Below are positions 1 to 9,256 of a DNA stretch of 64,000 nt, one piece after another. The notes under the pieces were generated by a model. That model was not told the DNA's origin. It did not search any database and saw only the letters and a list, made by a program, of their open reading frames with translations. The DNA is from Candidatus Latescibacterota bacterium. Its GTDB lineage: Bacteria > Latescibacterota > UBA2968 > UBA8231. The stretch is taken from positions 1,216,001 to 1,280,000 of the forward strand of contig CBDCXV010000010.1 of the NCBI GenBank assembly GCA_965223905.1, given 5' to 3'. Every line of letters starts with the position of its first letter. Within the stretch, counting starts at the first letter, position 1. The position numbers and the translations under genes are program-made.

Positions 1-15
1 CTAGGCAAATGACCA

Positions 16-366
16 TCATGGATGCTCAGCCGTGACCGCGGTTCTGATCCCCCCCCGCACGTTGAAGTCGCCTGTCACAGTCATGCGTCTGGGGGCGCAG
101 GCGGCAACCAGGTCGTCGAGTATCCGGTTGGTTACCGCTTCGTAGAAGATGCCCTGCTGACGGAAGGATCCGAGGTAGATTTTCAGCGACTTGAGCTCTA
201 TGCAGTTCTGGTCGGGAACGTAACTGATGCGGACCGTGCCGAAGTCCGGTTGCCCGGTTTTCGGGCAGACGGAAGTGAATTCGGGACAGTCGATCTGTAT
301 GGTGTAATCCCGATCGGGCTTGGGGTTGGGGAAAGTCTCGAGCACCGGGTCGGAATGTGAGGCCAT
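16..366 (-). CDS. queF: NADPH-dependent 7-cyano-7-deazaguanine (preQ0) reductase
   Basis: 116 aa with [15 protein letters not shown] and ELKSLKIY QueF motifs. Confidence 0.95.
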   Translation of the reverse strand: MASHSDPVLETFPNPKPDRDYTIQIDCPEFTSVCPKTGQPDFGTVRISYVPDQNCIELKSLKIYLGSFRQQGIFYEAVTNRILDDLVAACAPRRMTVTGDFNVRGGIRTAVTAEHP

Positions 367-427
367 ATTCGCTTTTTCAAACCGTTAAGAAACTAAGGGT
401 CCCGGCAGGGCGGGCAAGGCAGCCTCA

Positions 428-2039
428 TCATCCGAGGAAGCGGCGCAACGCGTTGGCGGTGATGGCGGACACGACCTCGTCGGCGAGCAGGGAACTGGCG
501 TAGCAGACGGAGCCGGCTGAAAAGACCTCGCCGCCGCTGCCGCTTTCGCAATGGACGATCTCGGCGCCTCCGCCGCCGGGATTGAGGCCTCTGGCGGCCA
601 AGTGGACACCTGACGGCGAGCTGGCGGACCGCTTGTCCGTCTCGTGCCCCGAGGCCCCCCCGGGGATGCGCATGTGCAGGCTGCGCTCACCGAACAGATC
701 GCCGTTGGCCAGACCGGTGCCTTCGAAGATCCAGTGATCGGCGTCGACCACTTCGTACGGTGCAGCCGTCATTATGCCGCTGTCGCTGTACACGACCCCG
801 AGGAGGTTGGCTTCCGACTCGCAGTAGTAGTGGAAGCGGCTCTCCAGGCCGCGGCGTCCTGTCTCCCGGGCATCGCCGTTGAACACCTTCATGGTCTCCT
901 CGTCCGGGATTTCGACCTTGCAGTTGAGACCGTTGCCGCCGAGGTAGATCAGCTTGCCGCCGCGCTCGTGCACCCAGCCCTTGACTCCGTAGTACATCTC
1001 CGCGGACCAGTACTCCGGATGCGGTCCGAGAAGGAGGACCTCGTAGTCGTCGAGAGTAAGCACGCCGTGGTGAAGCCTGCGTTTCGGAGTAGACGTCGTA
1101 TTCGAACCCCTCCTGCTCGAGCCAGCCGAGGATGCGCCACTCCGTCTCGGCGACGTGGCAGGCCGCCCGTCCTTCGATCGGGTCGTGCAGGCCGATCGAC
1201 AGCGGAATGTGGTTTATCGGCTCGGGGCGCTCGAACGACAGGGGAGCGTACTCCTCGCGGTCGTAGACGACGTTGTCCGGATCGGTGTAGCGCGGCAGAT
1301 CCTGACGCGCGTTGACGGTCGGCACGGGCGGCAGTCCGGCCGGGTTGGCGTAGTTGCTGCGGCCGCCAAAATTGTTGTAGGCGTTCCAGTTGATGTTGGA
1401 AACCAGCACCGCGAGCCGGGCCCTGGGACGGGCAGGGGCGACGATCCAGGGGAAGCTGAAGAATGCCTGCGGAACCGATGCGTCCGCGCCGGTGAAGGGT
1501 TTCCGCGTCGAGGCGTGGAAGTAGTACAGCCCGGAGCGCTCCGGAGCGGTGACGAACTGCCTGTGGTGGGGGCTGGTGTAGCCGATGGAATTCCAGCGCA
1601 CCCCGGTCCGGGTGTAATCCCCGTCCGGGGTGATCTGCACGGTCGCGCGCGGTCCGTGCTCGTCGAACCAGCCCACAGGGCGAACCAACTCCTTCTCTCT
1701 TCCGTAGCGGAACAGCTCGAGCTTGTACGGCTCGCTGGAGTGCACGCGGAATTCCGACCGCTCCCCGGAGCGGACGCACTTGGGCCAGGCGTACCCCAGC
1801 AAGCCGTCGGCGAGCAGCCGGAACTGGCAGGGCCGGCCCTCGGCGATGGTGATGTCGACCCGCTTCGAGCCGTAGCCGTCGCGGGCGATAGTCACCTTGT
1901 ACCGGCCAGGTTCGATCTCGGCATGCACCGCGCCGGAGGCGGAGGACCGGGCTTCCACCCGCCGGGTACGCCCTTCGAATTCCAGCAGGGCGTCCGGGAG
2001 GGCCACGTAACGCTCGTCGCTGACGTACCCGACAAGCAT
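428..2039 (-). CDS. N,N-dimethylformamidase beta-subunit family protein with N-terminal carboxypeptidase-regulatory-like domain (1-nt frameshift near 1077)
   Basis: ATG at 2039 overlaps the queC stop; NWNAYNNFGG, SFERP, HPEYWS, YLGGN and GHETD motifs; the two ORF halves join if one G is removed from ...ACG CAG G CTT CAC CAC GGC GTG... Confidence 0.75.
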
Positions 2040-2722
2040 CAGCGCGGCTCCTTGGCGAAAAGGGGATCCTCTACCCCGGCTTCGCGGAACCCCCGCTGCC
2101 GCAGCTCGCAGCTGTGACACTCGCCGCAGGGAACCTCGCTGCCCACGTAACAGGACCAGGTGAGGTGCAATGGTGCGCCGAGCTTCAGGCCCCGTTTCAC
2201 GATTCCCGGCTTGTCGAGGGCGAGCAGGGGCGTCTCGATGGAGATGGCGGTTTCTGGCCGCGTTCCGGTTTCGATGGCCCGGGCGAACGCCGCGAAGAAG
2301 ACGGCGCGGCAGTCGGGGTACGGACAGTCGCGCTCGTGAGCGCCCAGGTAAACCGACCTCGCTCCGGCAGCTTCGGTCCAGGCGACGGCGATGGCGAGCA
2401 GGTTGGCATTGCGAAACGGGACGTAGGTCGAAGGGACGGGCTCTCCGTTCCGGTCACCTTCGGGAAATTCCGGGCCGGTGAGAGAAGAGCCTCCGATGGC
2501 GGTGAGGTGGCCGGCGTCGGCGACGAGCCGGTGTGAAACGCCGAAATGTCGGGCGATCCCCTCAAAAGCGGCGAGCTCGCGCTCCGCGGTGCGCTGGCCG
2601 TAGCTGACGTGGAGGAAACCGAGCGCGCCGGGGTCGCCGATGGCGAGGGCCGCTTCGGCCGCTGCCACGCAGCTGTCGAGGCCGCCGCTGACAAGGACGA
2701 CCGCCTGCAAGGGTGGATTCAT
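2039..2722 (-). CDS. queC: 7-cyano-7-deazaguanine synthase
   Basis: SGGLDS, YGQR, STYVPFRN, YPDC and CxxCxxC zinc motifs; start placed at MNPPLQAVVLV. Confidence 0.95.
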   Translation of the reverse strand: MNPPLQAVVLVSGGLDSCVAAAEAALAIGDPGALGFLHVSYGQRTAERELAAFEGIARHFGVSHRLVADAGHLTAIGGSSLTGPEFPEGDRNGEPVPSTYVPFRNANLLAIAVAWTEAAGARSVYLGAHERDCPYPDCRAVFFAAFARAIETGTRPETAISIETPLLALDKPGIVKRGLKLGAPLHLTWSCYVGSEVPCGECHSCELRQRGFREAGVEDPLFAKEPR

Positions 2723-2919
2723 CGCTGCCAATATAGCATTCCCGGCCGGGAATGGGTGAACTGACGCAGGGATACATCCAGGGCGGTCATACTGGCCGCT
2801 ACTGCCCGGATTCCCTGTCTGCACGGCCCTTCGGTTTTTCCCCAGGGGGTTGCAGGTCGCGTTTGACAGGGCCCCCCGCGAACGTAGATTCAGCGGCAAA
2901 ACGGAAGGCCGCCTTAAAT

Positions 2920-4182
2920 ATGGAATACTCCAAATTCGACCGAGTGCCCAATCATTACGAGGGGGCGATCATCCAGCGCATCAAGGACTTTCGCCAGGAA
3001 GTCGGCAAGCGGTCACTGCGCTCAACCCGCCTCCCCGTCGGGGACCTAGAATTCCTGATTCCCCGGCATTTCGGCTTCTGTTTCGGCGTCGAGCGCGCCA
3101 TCCACATGGCCTTCTCCGCGCTCGAGGAACATCCCGAACGCCCGATTCACCTCGTCAGCGAGATCATCCACAACCCCCTGGTCAACAAGGACCTGAACGA
3201 AAGGGGAATCGACTTCATTTTCGATTCCGACGGGGATCGCCGCATTTCCCAGGAAGAGATCGGCGCCGAAGCCATCGTCATGATTCCCGCCTTCGGCACT
3301 ACCCTGGAGATCGAGGATTCGCTGAAGCAGGCAGGTCTCGACACCGATTCAGAGGAGTACCGCGAGCGCTACGACACCACGTGCCCGTTCGTTTCCAGGG
3401 TCTGGGACAGGGGGCAGGAACTCGGGCAGGAAGGCTACACGATCCTCATTCACGGGAAGTTCCGGCACGAGGAGACGCAGGCGACCCACTCGCACACGAA
3501 GCAGCATGCCAAGACCCTCGTAGTGCTCGACAGACAGGAGGCCACCCGGGTCGCTGCCTTCATCGCCGGCGCCCTCTCCGAGGAGGAGTTCGCCTCCGAG
3601 TTTTCGAGTAAATGGTCGCAGGGATTCGACCCTCGTACCGACCTGAATCGCATCGCCGTGGTCAACCAGACGACGATGCTCGCCGAAGAGACGAAGGAGG
3701 TCGCCAACATCATTCGCTCGGCGATGCAATGCAGGTACGGCGACGACGGCCTCGACTACCACTTCGCCGATACCAACGATACGCTCTGTTACGCGACCAA
3801 CCGCAATCAGAATGCCACCAGGGGACTGCTCGAGGCGCAGCCGGACGTCGCCATCATCGTCGGCGGCTACAACAGCTTCAACACCTCCCACCTGGTGGAG
3901 ATCTGCTCGGAGATCATGCCGAGCTACCTGATCGGCGGCAAGGAGGGGCTGTTGTCGCGGGAGCGCATCCGGCACTTCGACATCCACGCCAAGGAACTGA
4001 GGATCTCCGACAACTGGCTTCCGGCAAAGGCTCCGGTTACCATCGCCGTAACCTCGGGAGCGTCCTGTCCCGATGTCCTGATGAACGGGGTGCTTGAGAG
4101 GCTCGCCGGGTTTTACGGGTACAGCCAGCCCGATATAGAGGAAGGCCTGGAGCGGCTCAGCCTGTACGAGCCCGCGGCCTGA
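2920..4182 (+). CDS. ispH: 4-hydroxy-3-methylbut-2-enyl diphosphate reductase (LytB)
   Basis: FGFCFGVERAI, IIHNP, DTTCPFV, NQTT, DTLCYAT, TSGASCP; three Fe-S cysteines present. Confidence 0.93.
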   Translation: MEYSKFDRVPNHYEGAIIQRIKDFRQEVGKRSLRSTRLPVGDLEFLIPRHFGFCFGVERAIHMAFSALEEHPERPIHLVSEIIHNPLVNKDLNERGIDFIFDSDGDRRISQEEIGAEAIVMIPAFGTTLEIEDSLKQAGLDTDSEEYRERYDTTCPFVSRVWDRGQELGQEGYTILIHGKFRHEETQATHSHTKQHAKTLVVLDRQEATRVAAFIAGALSEEEFASEFSSKWSQGFDPRTDLNRIAVVNQTTMLAEETKEVANIIRSAMQCRYGDDGLDYHFADTNDTLCYATNRNQNATRGLLEAQPDVAIIVGGYNSFNTSHLVEICSEIMPSYLIGGKEGLLSRERIRHFDIHAKELRISDNWLPAKAPVTIAVTSGASCPDVLMNGVLERLAGFYGYSQPDIEEGLERLSLYEPAA

Positions 4183-4186
4183 GCAG

Positions 4187-4987
4187 TCAGGCGGCGGCCA
4201 CCGGGTTGCGCAGCCTGCCGATCTTCTCCACCTCGATAACGACCTCGTCGCCCTCCCGCAGCCAGACCGGGGGCGTGCGGGCGAATCCCACTCCCTGCGG
4301 CGTCCCCGTCAGAATCACCGTTCCCGGCAACAGGGTCGTATCCTGGCTCAGGAAAGCGATCAGTTCGCGAACGGAGAAGATCATGTCTCCGGTGGTGTGA
4401 TCCTGCATGGTCTCGCCGTTCAGCAGCGTCCTGATGCCCAGCGTCTGGGGGTCGGGAATGTCGTCGGCCGTCACCAAAACCGGCCCCAGCGGGCAGAAGG
4501 TGTCGAAACCCTTGCCCCGGATCCACTGGCCTCCGCCCCCCTGGAGCTGCCAGGTGCGCGCCGAGACGTCGTGGCCGCAGGTGTAGCCGAGAACGAAATC
4601 GAGGGCGTTCGACTCCGAGGCGCCGCGGCAGCGCCTGCCGATGACGAGGGCAAGCTCGCATTCGTAGTCGGTCTCCTCGCCGTGCTGGCAGGAAGGCAGA
4701 CGGATCGGATCCCCGGGATGGGTCAGGGCGCTGGTCGGCTTCATGAACACGACCGGGCGTTCCGGGATGTCGACACCCGACTCTTCGGCGTGCTCCCGGT
4801 AGTTGAGGCCGATGCAGAAAATGTTCACCGGGTCGACCGGGGCCAGCAGTTTGGAGATCTTCCTCGTCTCACCTGTCGGCGTCAGCCCGGAGTACAAGTC
4901 TCCGGCCAACAGCGCCGCGCGGCTGCCGTCTCCCTCTTCCCCGAAACAGGTCTGACCTTCCTCGTCGATGAACCGGATGATGCGCAT
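4187..4987 (-). CDS. fumarylacetoacetate hydrolase family protein
   Basis: IGLNYREH, DYECEL, KGFDTFCPLGP, TGTPQGVG motifs; start MRIIRF. Confidence 0.9.
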   Translation of the reverse strand: MRIIRFIDEEGQTCFGEEGDGSRAALLAGDLYSGLTPTGETRKISKLLAPVDPVNIFCIGLNYREHAEESGVDIPERPVVFMKPTSALTHPGDPIRLPSCQHGEETDYECELALVIGRRCRGASESNALDFVLGYTCGHDVSARTWQLQGGGGQWIRGKGFDTFCPLGPVLVTADDIPDPQTLGIRTLLNGETMQDHTTGDMIFSVRELIAFLSQDTTLLPGTVILTGTPQGVGFARTPPVWLREGDEVVIEVEKIGRLRNPVAAA

Positions 4988-5068
4988 CCTCTTATCCCTC
5001 CGCAATAGTCGTGTCAGGCACCAAACAATGGAGGCCGTCCCGAATACCGTCAAGCACACGGAGCCGCC

Positions 5069-6169
5069 GTGGCGCCCCCTGATCGACCCAGCGTGCTCGT
5101 AGTCGGCGCCGGGATCGTCGGGAGCTGCGCCGGCTACTTTCTCGCCTGCCGGCAGGCGCGCGTGCAGCTGATCGACCGCGACCCCGATCCGTCGGCGACG
5201 ACACGCGCCTCCCTCGGAGTCCTGACCCATTTCCAGGGCGGCGATGACCCGTACTCGACCTTCTACCGGGACGCCCACGCCCTGCACGGCGAACTGGCCC
5301 GGCAGCTGCGGGAGGAGACCGGTCTCGACGTCGGCTGGAGAGCCCTGGGTGGTATCGACCTCGCCTTCGGCGACGCGGAAGTCGAAGAGGCTCAATCCCG
5401 GCTGCGGGACCGAGGAGGCAATTGCCGCTGGGAGTGGCTCGACCACGACAGGGTGCGCCGCCTCGAACCGAAGGTGTCGTCCCAGGTCAGCGGGGGTGTC
5501 TATTTCCCCGACGATCACCGCGTCGATCCCCCGGCCCTGGCGCGGGCGCTGCGCACTGCTGCCGCCCAGCGCGGTGCCGAGGTTCGGCTCGGCTGCGAGC
5601 TGTTGCGGATCGAAGCCGGGGGCGACGGCGTAAAGGTTTGGATCGGGGAGAGGGACCAGGGCCGGGAGGAGCGTTTCGATTACGCCGTTCTCGCCGCCGG
5701 CTCCTGGACCGGGGAGCTGGTCGCGGAAGCTGCCGGCGGGCCCCGCATCCGGCCGGTGCGCGGGCAGCACTGCCGCTACCGCGGGGGAAGCGAGATCGGC
5801 CATTTGCTGCGCTGGGGGGGGCATCACCTGATCCCGGCCGGGGATACCATCGTCGTCGGGGCGACAGTGGAAGAGGTCGGCTTCGACACCCGGACCACGG
5901 AGGCGGCCGCGGCGGAGTTCGCGAGGGTGTTTGGCCGCGTGCTCGACATTGAGCCGATCCTGCTCTCGCAGGCCGCGGGGCTGCGCCCCAAGCCCCGCAA
6001 GGGACGGCCGGTGATCGGCCCGGTCGATCCGTCCGCACGGCTGTTCGTCGCCAGCGGCCACTACAGGAACGGAGTGCTTCTCGGTCCGCTGACCGGTCGG
6101 GTTCTCGCCGATTGGATCGTCGCCCGGCAAGCCCCGCGCGACATGTCCTTCTTCGGGATCAGCAGGTAG
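5069..6169 (+). CDS. FAD-dependent oxidoreductase, glycine oxidase (ThiO/DAO)-like
   Basis: GAGIVG Rossmann motif, AAGSW, PVRGQ, AGLRP, GHYRNGVLLGP. Confidence 0.8.
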   Translation: MAPPDRPSVLVVGAGIVGSCAGYFLACRQARVQLIDRDPDPSATTRASLGVLTHFQGGDDPYSTFYRDAHALHGELARQLREETGLDVGWRALGGIDLAFGDAEVEEAQSRLRDRGGNCRWEWLDHDRVRRLEPKVSSQVSGGVYFPDDHRVDPPALARALRTAAAQRGAEVRLGCELLRIEAGGDGVKVWIGERDQGREERFDYAVLAAGSWTGELVAEAAGGPRIRPVRGQHCRYRGGSEIGHLLRWGGHHLIPAGDTIVVGATVEEVGFDTRTTEAAAAEFARVFGRVLDIEPILLSQAAGLRPKPRKGRPVIGPVDPSARLFVASGHYRNGVLLGPLTGRVLADWIVARQAPRDMSFFGISR

Positions 6170-6277
6170 CCTTTCCCCGAAGAGATGCCGGGCTTCCAAC
6201 CGGCCGCCGGTGAATTGACAACGACCGGGCTCCCGGATACCGTAGGGCCGCCAACCAAACTGGAGGAATCAGCTGCG

Positions 6278-7243
6278 ATGACAGTAATGACGAATACCGC
6301 GAGTCCCGGACTGGAGACCGACGAGCTCCGCGACGCCCTCGACACGGTGATTTCGATTCCCGTGGTGCCGTTCAGGAATGGCGAGGTCGACTTCGAGGGG
6401 CACGCGACGAACGTCGATTACCTGATGAACACCAACCATCTCGAAGGGGACCGGCGGCGCGCCATCGCCGTCGCCGGAACCAGCCTGGTTCACCACATCT
6501 CCGGCGAAGACCAGGTCCGCCTGATGGGGATCGCCGGCGAGCGCATGGAAGGAAGGGGAGTGCTGATGGCAGGCATAGCGCCGAACCCCCTTCCCGACGC
6601 CGCCCGGCTGATCGAGACCATGTCCGCACTCGACCATCCCCCTGACGTCTACCTGGTAATGCCGCTGACCGGGATCATCCAGCCCGCGGGGCTTTACGAT
6701 ACCTACATGGAGTTCGCCGAGCGGGCCGGCGAGTGCGGGGCGCGGCTGCTCTACTACCTGCGGTCTCCGGAACAGATCCCGTACGTGGTCAGGCTCGTCA
6801 ACGACTCGCCGCATTTCATAGGGGTCAAGGTCGGGACCCGGGACGAGGACGTCGTGCCCCTGGTGGAGCAGGTCGACCCCCGCCGGGGCATGGTCATCTG
6901 GGGCATCGGCGACCGCTCGACCCGGCCCGCCCAGTTCGGTGCTACCGGGCACACGTCCGGCATCAACATCGCCTTCTCGAAGGCCTCCGACGAGATCAAC
7001 AACGCCCAGCGCCGCGGCGACTACGGGCTCTCCCTCAAGGTCGAAGGAGAGCTCGCGGCGCTGGAGGAGATCCGCTTCCGCGACGGGCGCATGTACAACT
7101 ACTCCGCCGTAGTGGAGGCGATGCATGCCGGCGGCTGGCAGGACGTGGTGGCCGGCGAAGGGGGGCCGTTCAATCCCCGGGTTCCCGCCGAGGTGGCCGA
7201 GGAAGTGAGGGCGGCCATCGACGGGATCCGGCACTACCACTAG
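6278..7243 (+). CDS. dihydrodipicolinate synthase-like (class I aldolase/dehydratase) family protein
   Basis: IPVVPF, LLYY, and IGVKVG with the Schiff-base Lys; GGAGG RBS upstream. Confidence 0.7.
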   Translation: MTVMTNTASPGLETDELRDALDTVISIPVVPFRNGEVDFEGHATNVDYLMNTNHLEGDRRRAIAVAGTSLVHHISGEDQVRLMGIAGERMEGRGVLMAGIAPNPLPDAARLIETMSALDHPPDVYLVMPLTGIIQPAGLYDTYMEFAERAGECGARLLYYLRSPEQIPYVVRLVNDSPHFIGVKVGTRDEDVVPLVEQVDPRRGMVIWGIGDRSTRPAQFGATGHTSGINIAFSKASDEINNAQRRGDYGLSLKVEGELAALEEIRFRDGRMYNYSAVVEAMHAGGWQDVVAGEGGPFNPRVPAEVAEEVRAAIDGIRHYH

Positions 7244-7413
7244 GCGGGGGACACTGGTGCGGCCTGTGCGGTATCCACGAAGGCCTGCAAAGGGGATGGC
7301 ACCGGTTGGACCCGGGGTCCATCCCGACGCCCGGGCAGGGGAGAGAAATCAACCGAAAGGGCGGGGGGCGGCAGCGGCGGGTGCCGGGAGGTCGGGAAGG
7401 GGACCCGGAATCG

Positions 7414-7713
7414 TCAGGTGCGTCCGCCGAGGCGGTCGAGATACTCCGTCCATTCGACAGGGACGAGATCGCGCTTTGCAGCATTGCATCCGCTGCAGCA
7501 GGGGACGACGTTGCCCTTGACCGAGAAGCCTCCGCGAACGACAGGCACGACGTGATCCATGGTCAGCTCTTTGGGAGGGAAGCGCCCGTTGCAGTAGTGG
7601 CATCTGCCCTCGCCGCGCCGGTTCTTCCACCACTGGCTCCGGCGCAGCTCCCGCCCCTTCTGCTTCTCTCTCTCGATATGCTCTTCGGAGGCGGGGGTGT
7701 AGTAGTCGGTCAT
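7414..7713 (-). CDS. small HNH endonuclease
   Basis: CHYC...LTMDHVVP..RGG....NVVPCCSGCNAAK. Confidence 0.9.
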   Translation of the reverse strand: MTDYYTPASEEHIEREKQKGRELRRSQWWKNRRGEGRCHYCNGRFPPKELTMDHVVPVVRGGFSVKGNVVPCCSGCNAAKRDLVPVEWTEYLDRLGGRT

Positions 7714-7784
7714 GATTCCTGCGGACCGGCGGCAATTCGCTTCACGGAAAAGGCACCTATGGCGAAAAAAACCGCTTCCTGCCG

Positions 7785-8405
7785 ATGCTGATCCCACTGT
7801 TCCCTCTCGCCATCGTCGTCTACCCGGGACAGACGGTGCCGCTCTACATCTTCGAGGAGCGCTACAAGGCGATGATCGCCGACTGCGAGCCGGAAGGAAC
7901 CGGTGAGTTTGCGCCGTTCGGGATCTCGCTGTTCGACGATGGCGAAGTCGCCGAGGTCGGCTGCACCGCGGTGGTCTCGGAGATAGCGAAGCGTCATGCC
8001 GACGGTTCGATGCATATCGTCACCGTCGGCAGACAGCGCTACCGCACTCTCGAGGTGATCGAGGACAAGCCGTACCTGCAGGGGCGGGTCGAGCTGCTCG
8101 AGGATGCCGGCGAAACCGGGGACCCGGACTTGGCCCGGGAAGCGGGGGACGCCTACCGGGAGCTGCTTGCCCTGGCAGCTCCCGGAGCGGACGAGGAGGT
8201 CGGGAGCGACGCGACCGCCTTCGAGATCGCCGTCAATTGCGGTCTCGACCTGAAGCAGAAGCAGAGGGTGCTGGAGATGCTCAGCGAGAGCGAACGCCTG
8301 CGCTACCTCTGCGATCACTTCGAAGAAGTGCTGCCGAAGCTGCGCCTGCGCCTGGAGCAGCAGCGCCGCGTGAAATCGAACGGATACGGGCGGCCTCACG
8401 AGTAG
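7785..8405 (+). CDS. Lon protease N-terminal substrate-binding domain protein
   Basis: IPLFPL..VVYPG..PLYIFEERY, VGCTA, KQRVLE. Confidence 0.88.
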   Translation: MLIPLFPLAIVVYPGQTVPLYIFEERYKAMIADCEPEGTGEFAPFGISLFDDGEVAEVGCTAVVSEIAKRHADGSMHIVTVGRQRYRTLEVIEDKPYLQGRVELLEDAGETGDPDLAREAGDAYRELLALAAPGADEEVGSDATAFEIAVNCGLDLKQKQRVLEMLSESERLRYLCDHFEEVLPKLRLRLEQQRRVKSNGYGRPHE

Positions 8406-8408
8406 CCG

Positions 8409-9143
8409 TCAGCCCCCGCCATTGACCAGGGCGACGAAGATCTGATCGGCGACCTCCAGGCCGATGTGGTGCTCGCACCCTCGGATCGCGATGAGCATCG
8501 AGCCGCTGAAAGGGGCCTTGTCTCGAACCTTCAGCTCGGTGCCGAGGTGAAGCCCCTGCTCGTCGAGATAGCGCAGCAGCTCGGGGCTGCGGTCGCTGAC
8601 TTGAGAGATGCAGACCACCCGTCCCGATTCGACGTCCGACAACCGCTGGTAGTCGTGGACGGCGATGGTTCCCTCCTTGGAGGGAATCGGCTCGCCGTGG
8701 GCACCCACGGTCGGGTACCCCATAGCGCGGTCGATGTGCTCCTCGAAGTCCTCGGAGATGGCGTGTTCGAGACGCTCCGCCTCGGCGTCGACACGGTCCC
8801 ACCCGTACCCGAGGGCTTGCGCGAGGTAGAGCTCGAGCAGCCGGTGGTGGCGGATGATTTCGAGAGCCATCTTTTCCCCAGCCCCGGTCAGCCGCACCCC
8901 CTGGTAGGGTCGGTGCCGGAGCAAGCGCATCTCCGCCAGTTTCTTGATCATGTTGGTCGCCGAAGCCGCCGAGACCTGCATGCGCTCGGCGAGCAGGGAG
9001 GTGGTGACCGATCCGTCGCCGGATTTCTCCGAATCCGGGCTGTTGGACAGCTTGTATATCGCCTTCAGGTAGTCCTGGACCGACTCGCTGATCGTCCCGG
9101 CGGGTGGGAGCCTGTCGCTGCCGCTGTCGCTCTTCGGGGTCAA
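8409..9143 (-). CDS. mntR: DtxR/MntR-family metal-dependent transcriptional regulator with FeoA-like C-terminus
   Basis: QDYLKAIY, RHHRLLE, AERLEHAIS, HGEPIP. Confidence 0.88.
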   Translation of the reverse strand: MTPKSDSGSDRLPPAGTISESVQDYLKAIYKLSNSPDSEKSGDGSVTTSLLAERMQVSAASATNMIKKLAEMRLLRHRPYQGVRLTGAGEKMALEIIRHHRLLELYLAQALGYGWDRVDAEAERLEHAISEDFEEHIDRAMGYPTVGAHGEPIPSKEGTIAVHDYQRLSDVESGRVVCISQVSDRSPELLRYLDEQGLHLGTELKVRDKAPFSGSMLIAIRGCEHHIGLEVADQIFVALVNGGG

Positions 9144-9192
9144 CGCCGGGTTACCTGTATTTCAACTGAATCGCGCGCAATCGAGGCTGATT

Positions 9193-9208
9193 TTTAGTCG
9201 CGACTAAA
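9193..9208. promoter_or_regulatory. perfect 16-bp palindrome TTTAGTCGCGACTAAA, candidate MntR/DtxR operator
   Basis: Lies between divergent mntR and the sulfatase gene; TTTAG-N6-CTAAA form. Confidence 0.6.
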
Positions 9209-9256
9209 CCTACGGGATGGCAGGGTGCTGTCAACCTGGCCCTGGCATGGGAATTC

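Noticed and set aside
2723-2919. preQ1 riboswitch upstream of queC
   Set aside because: No recognisable preQ1 aptamer or A-rich tail, and the promoter appears to sit almost at the start codon
7414-7713. HNH gene as a homing or mobile element
   Set aside because: Small stand-alone HNH with host-like composition; no intron or repeat boundaries visible
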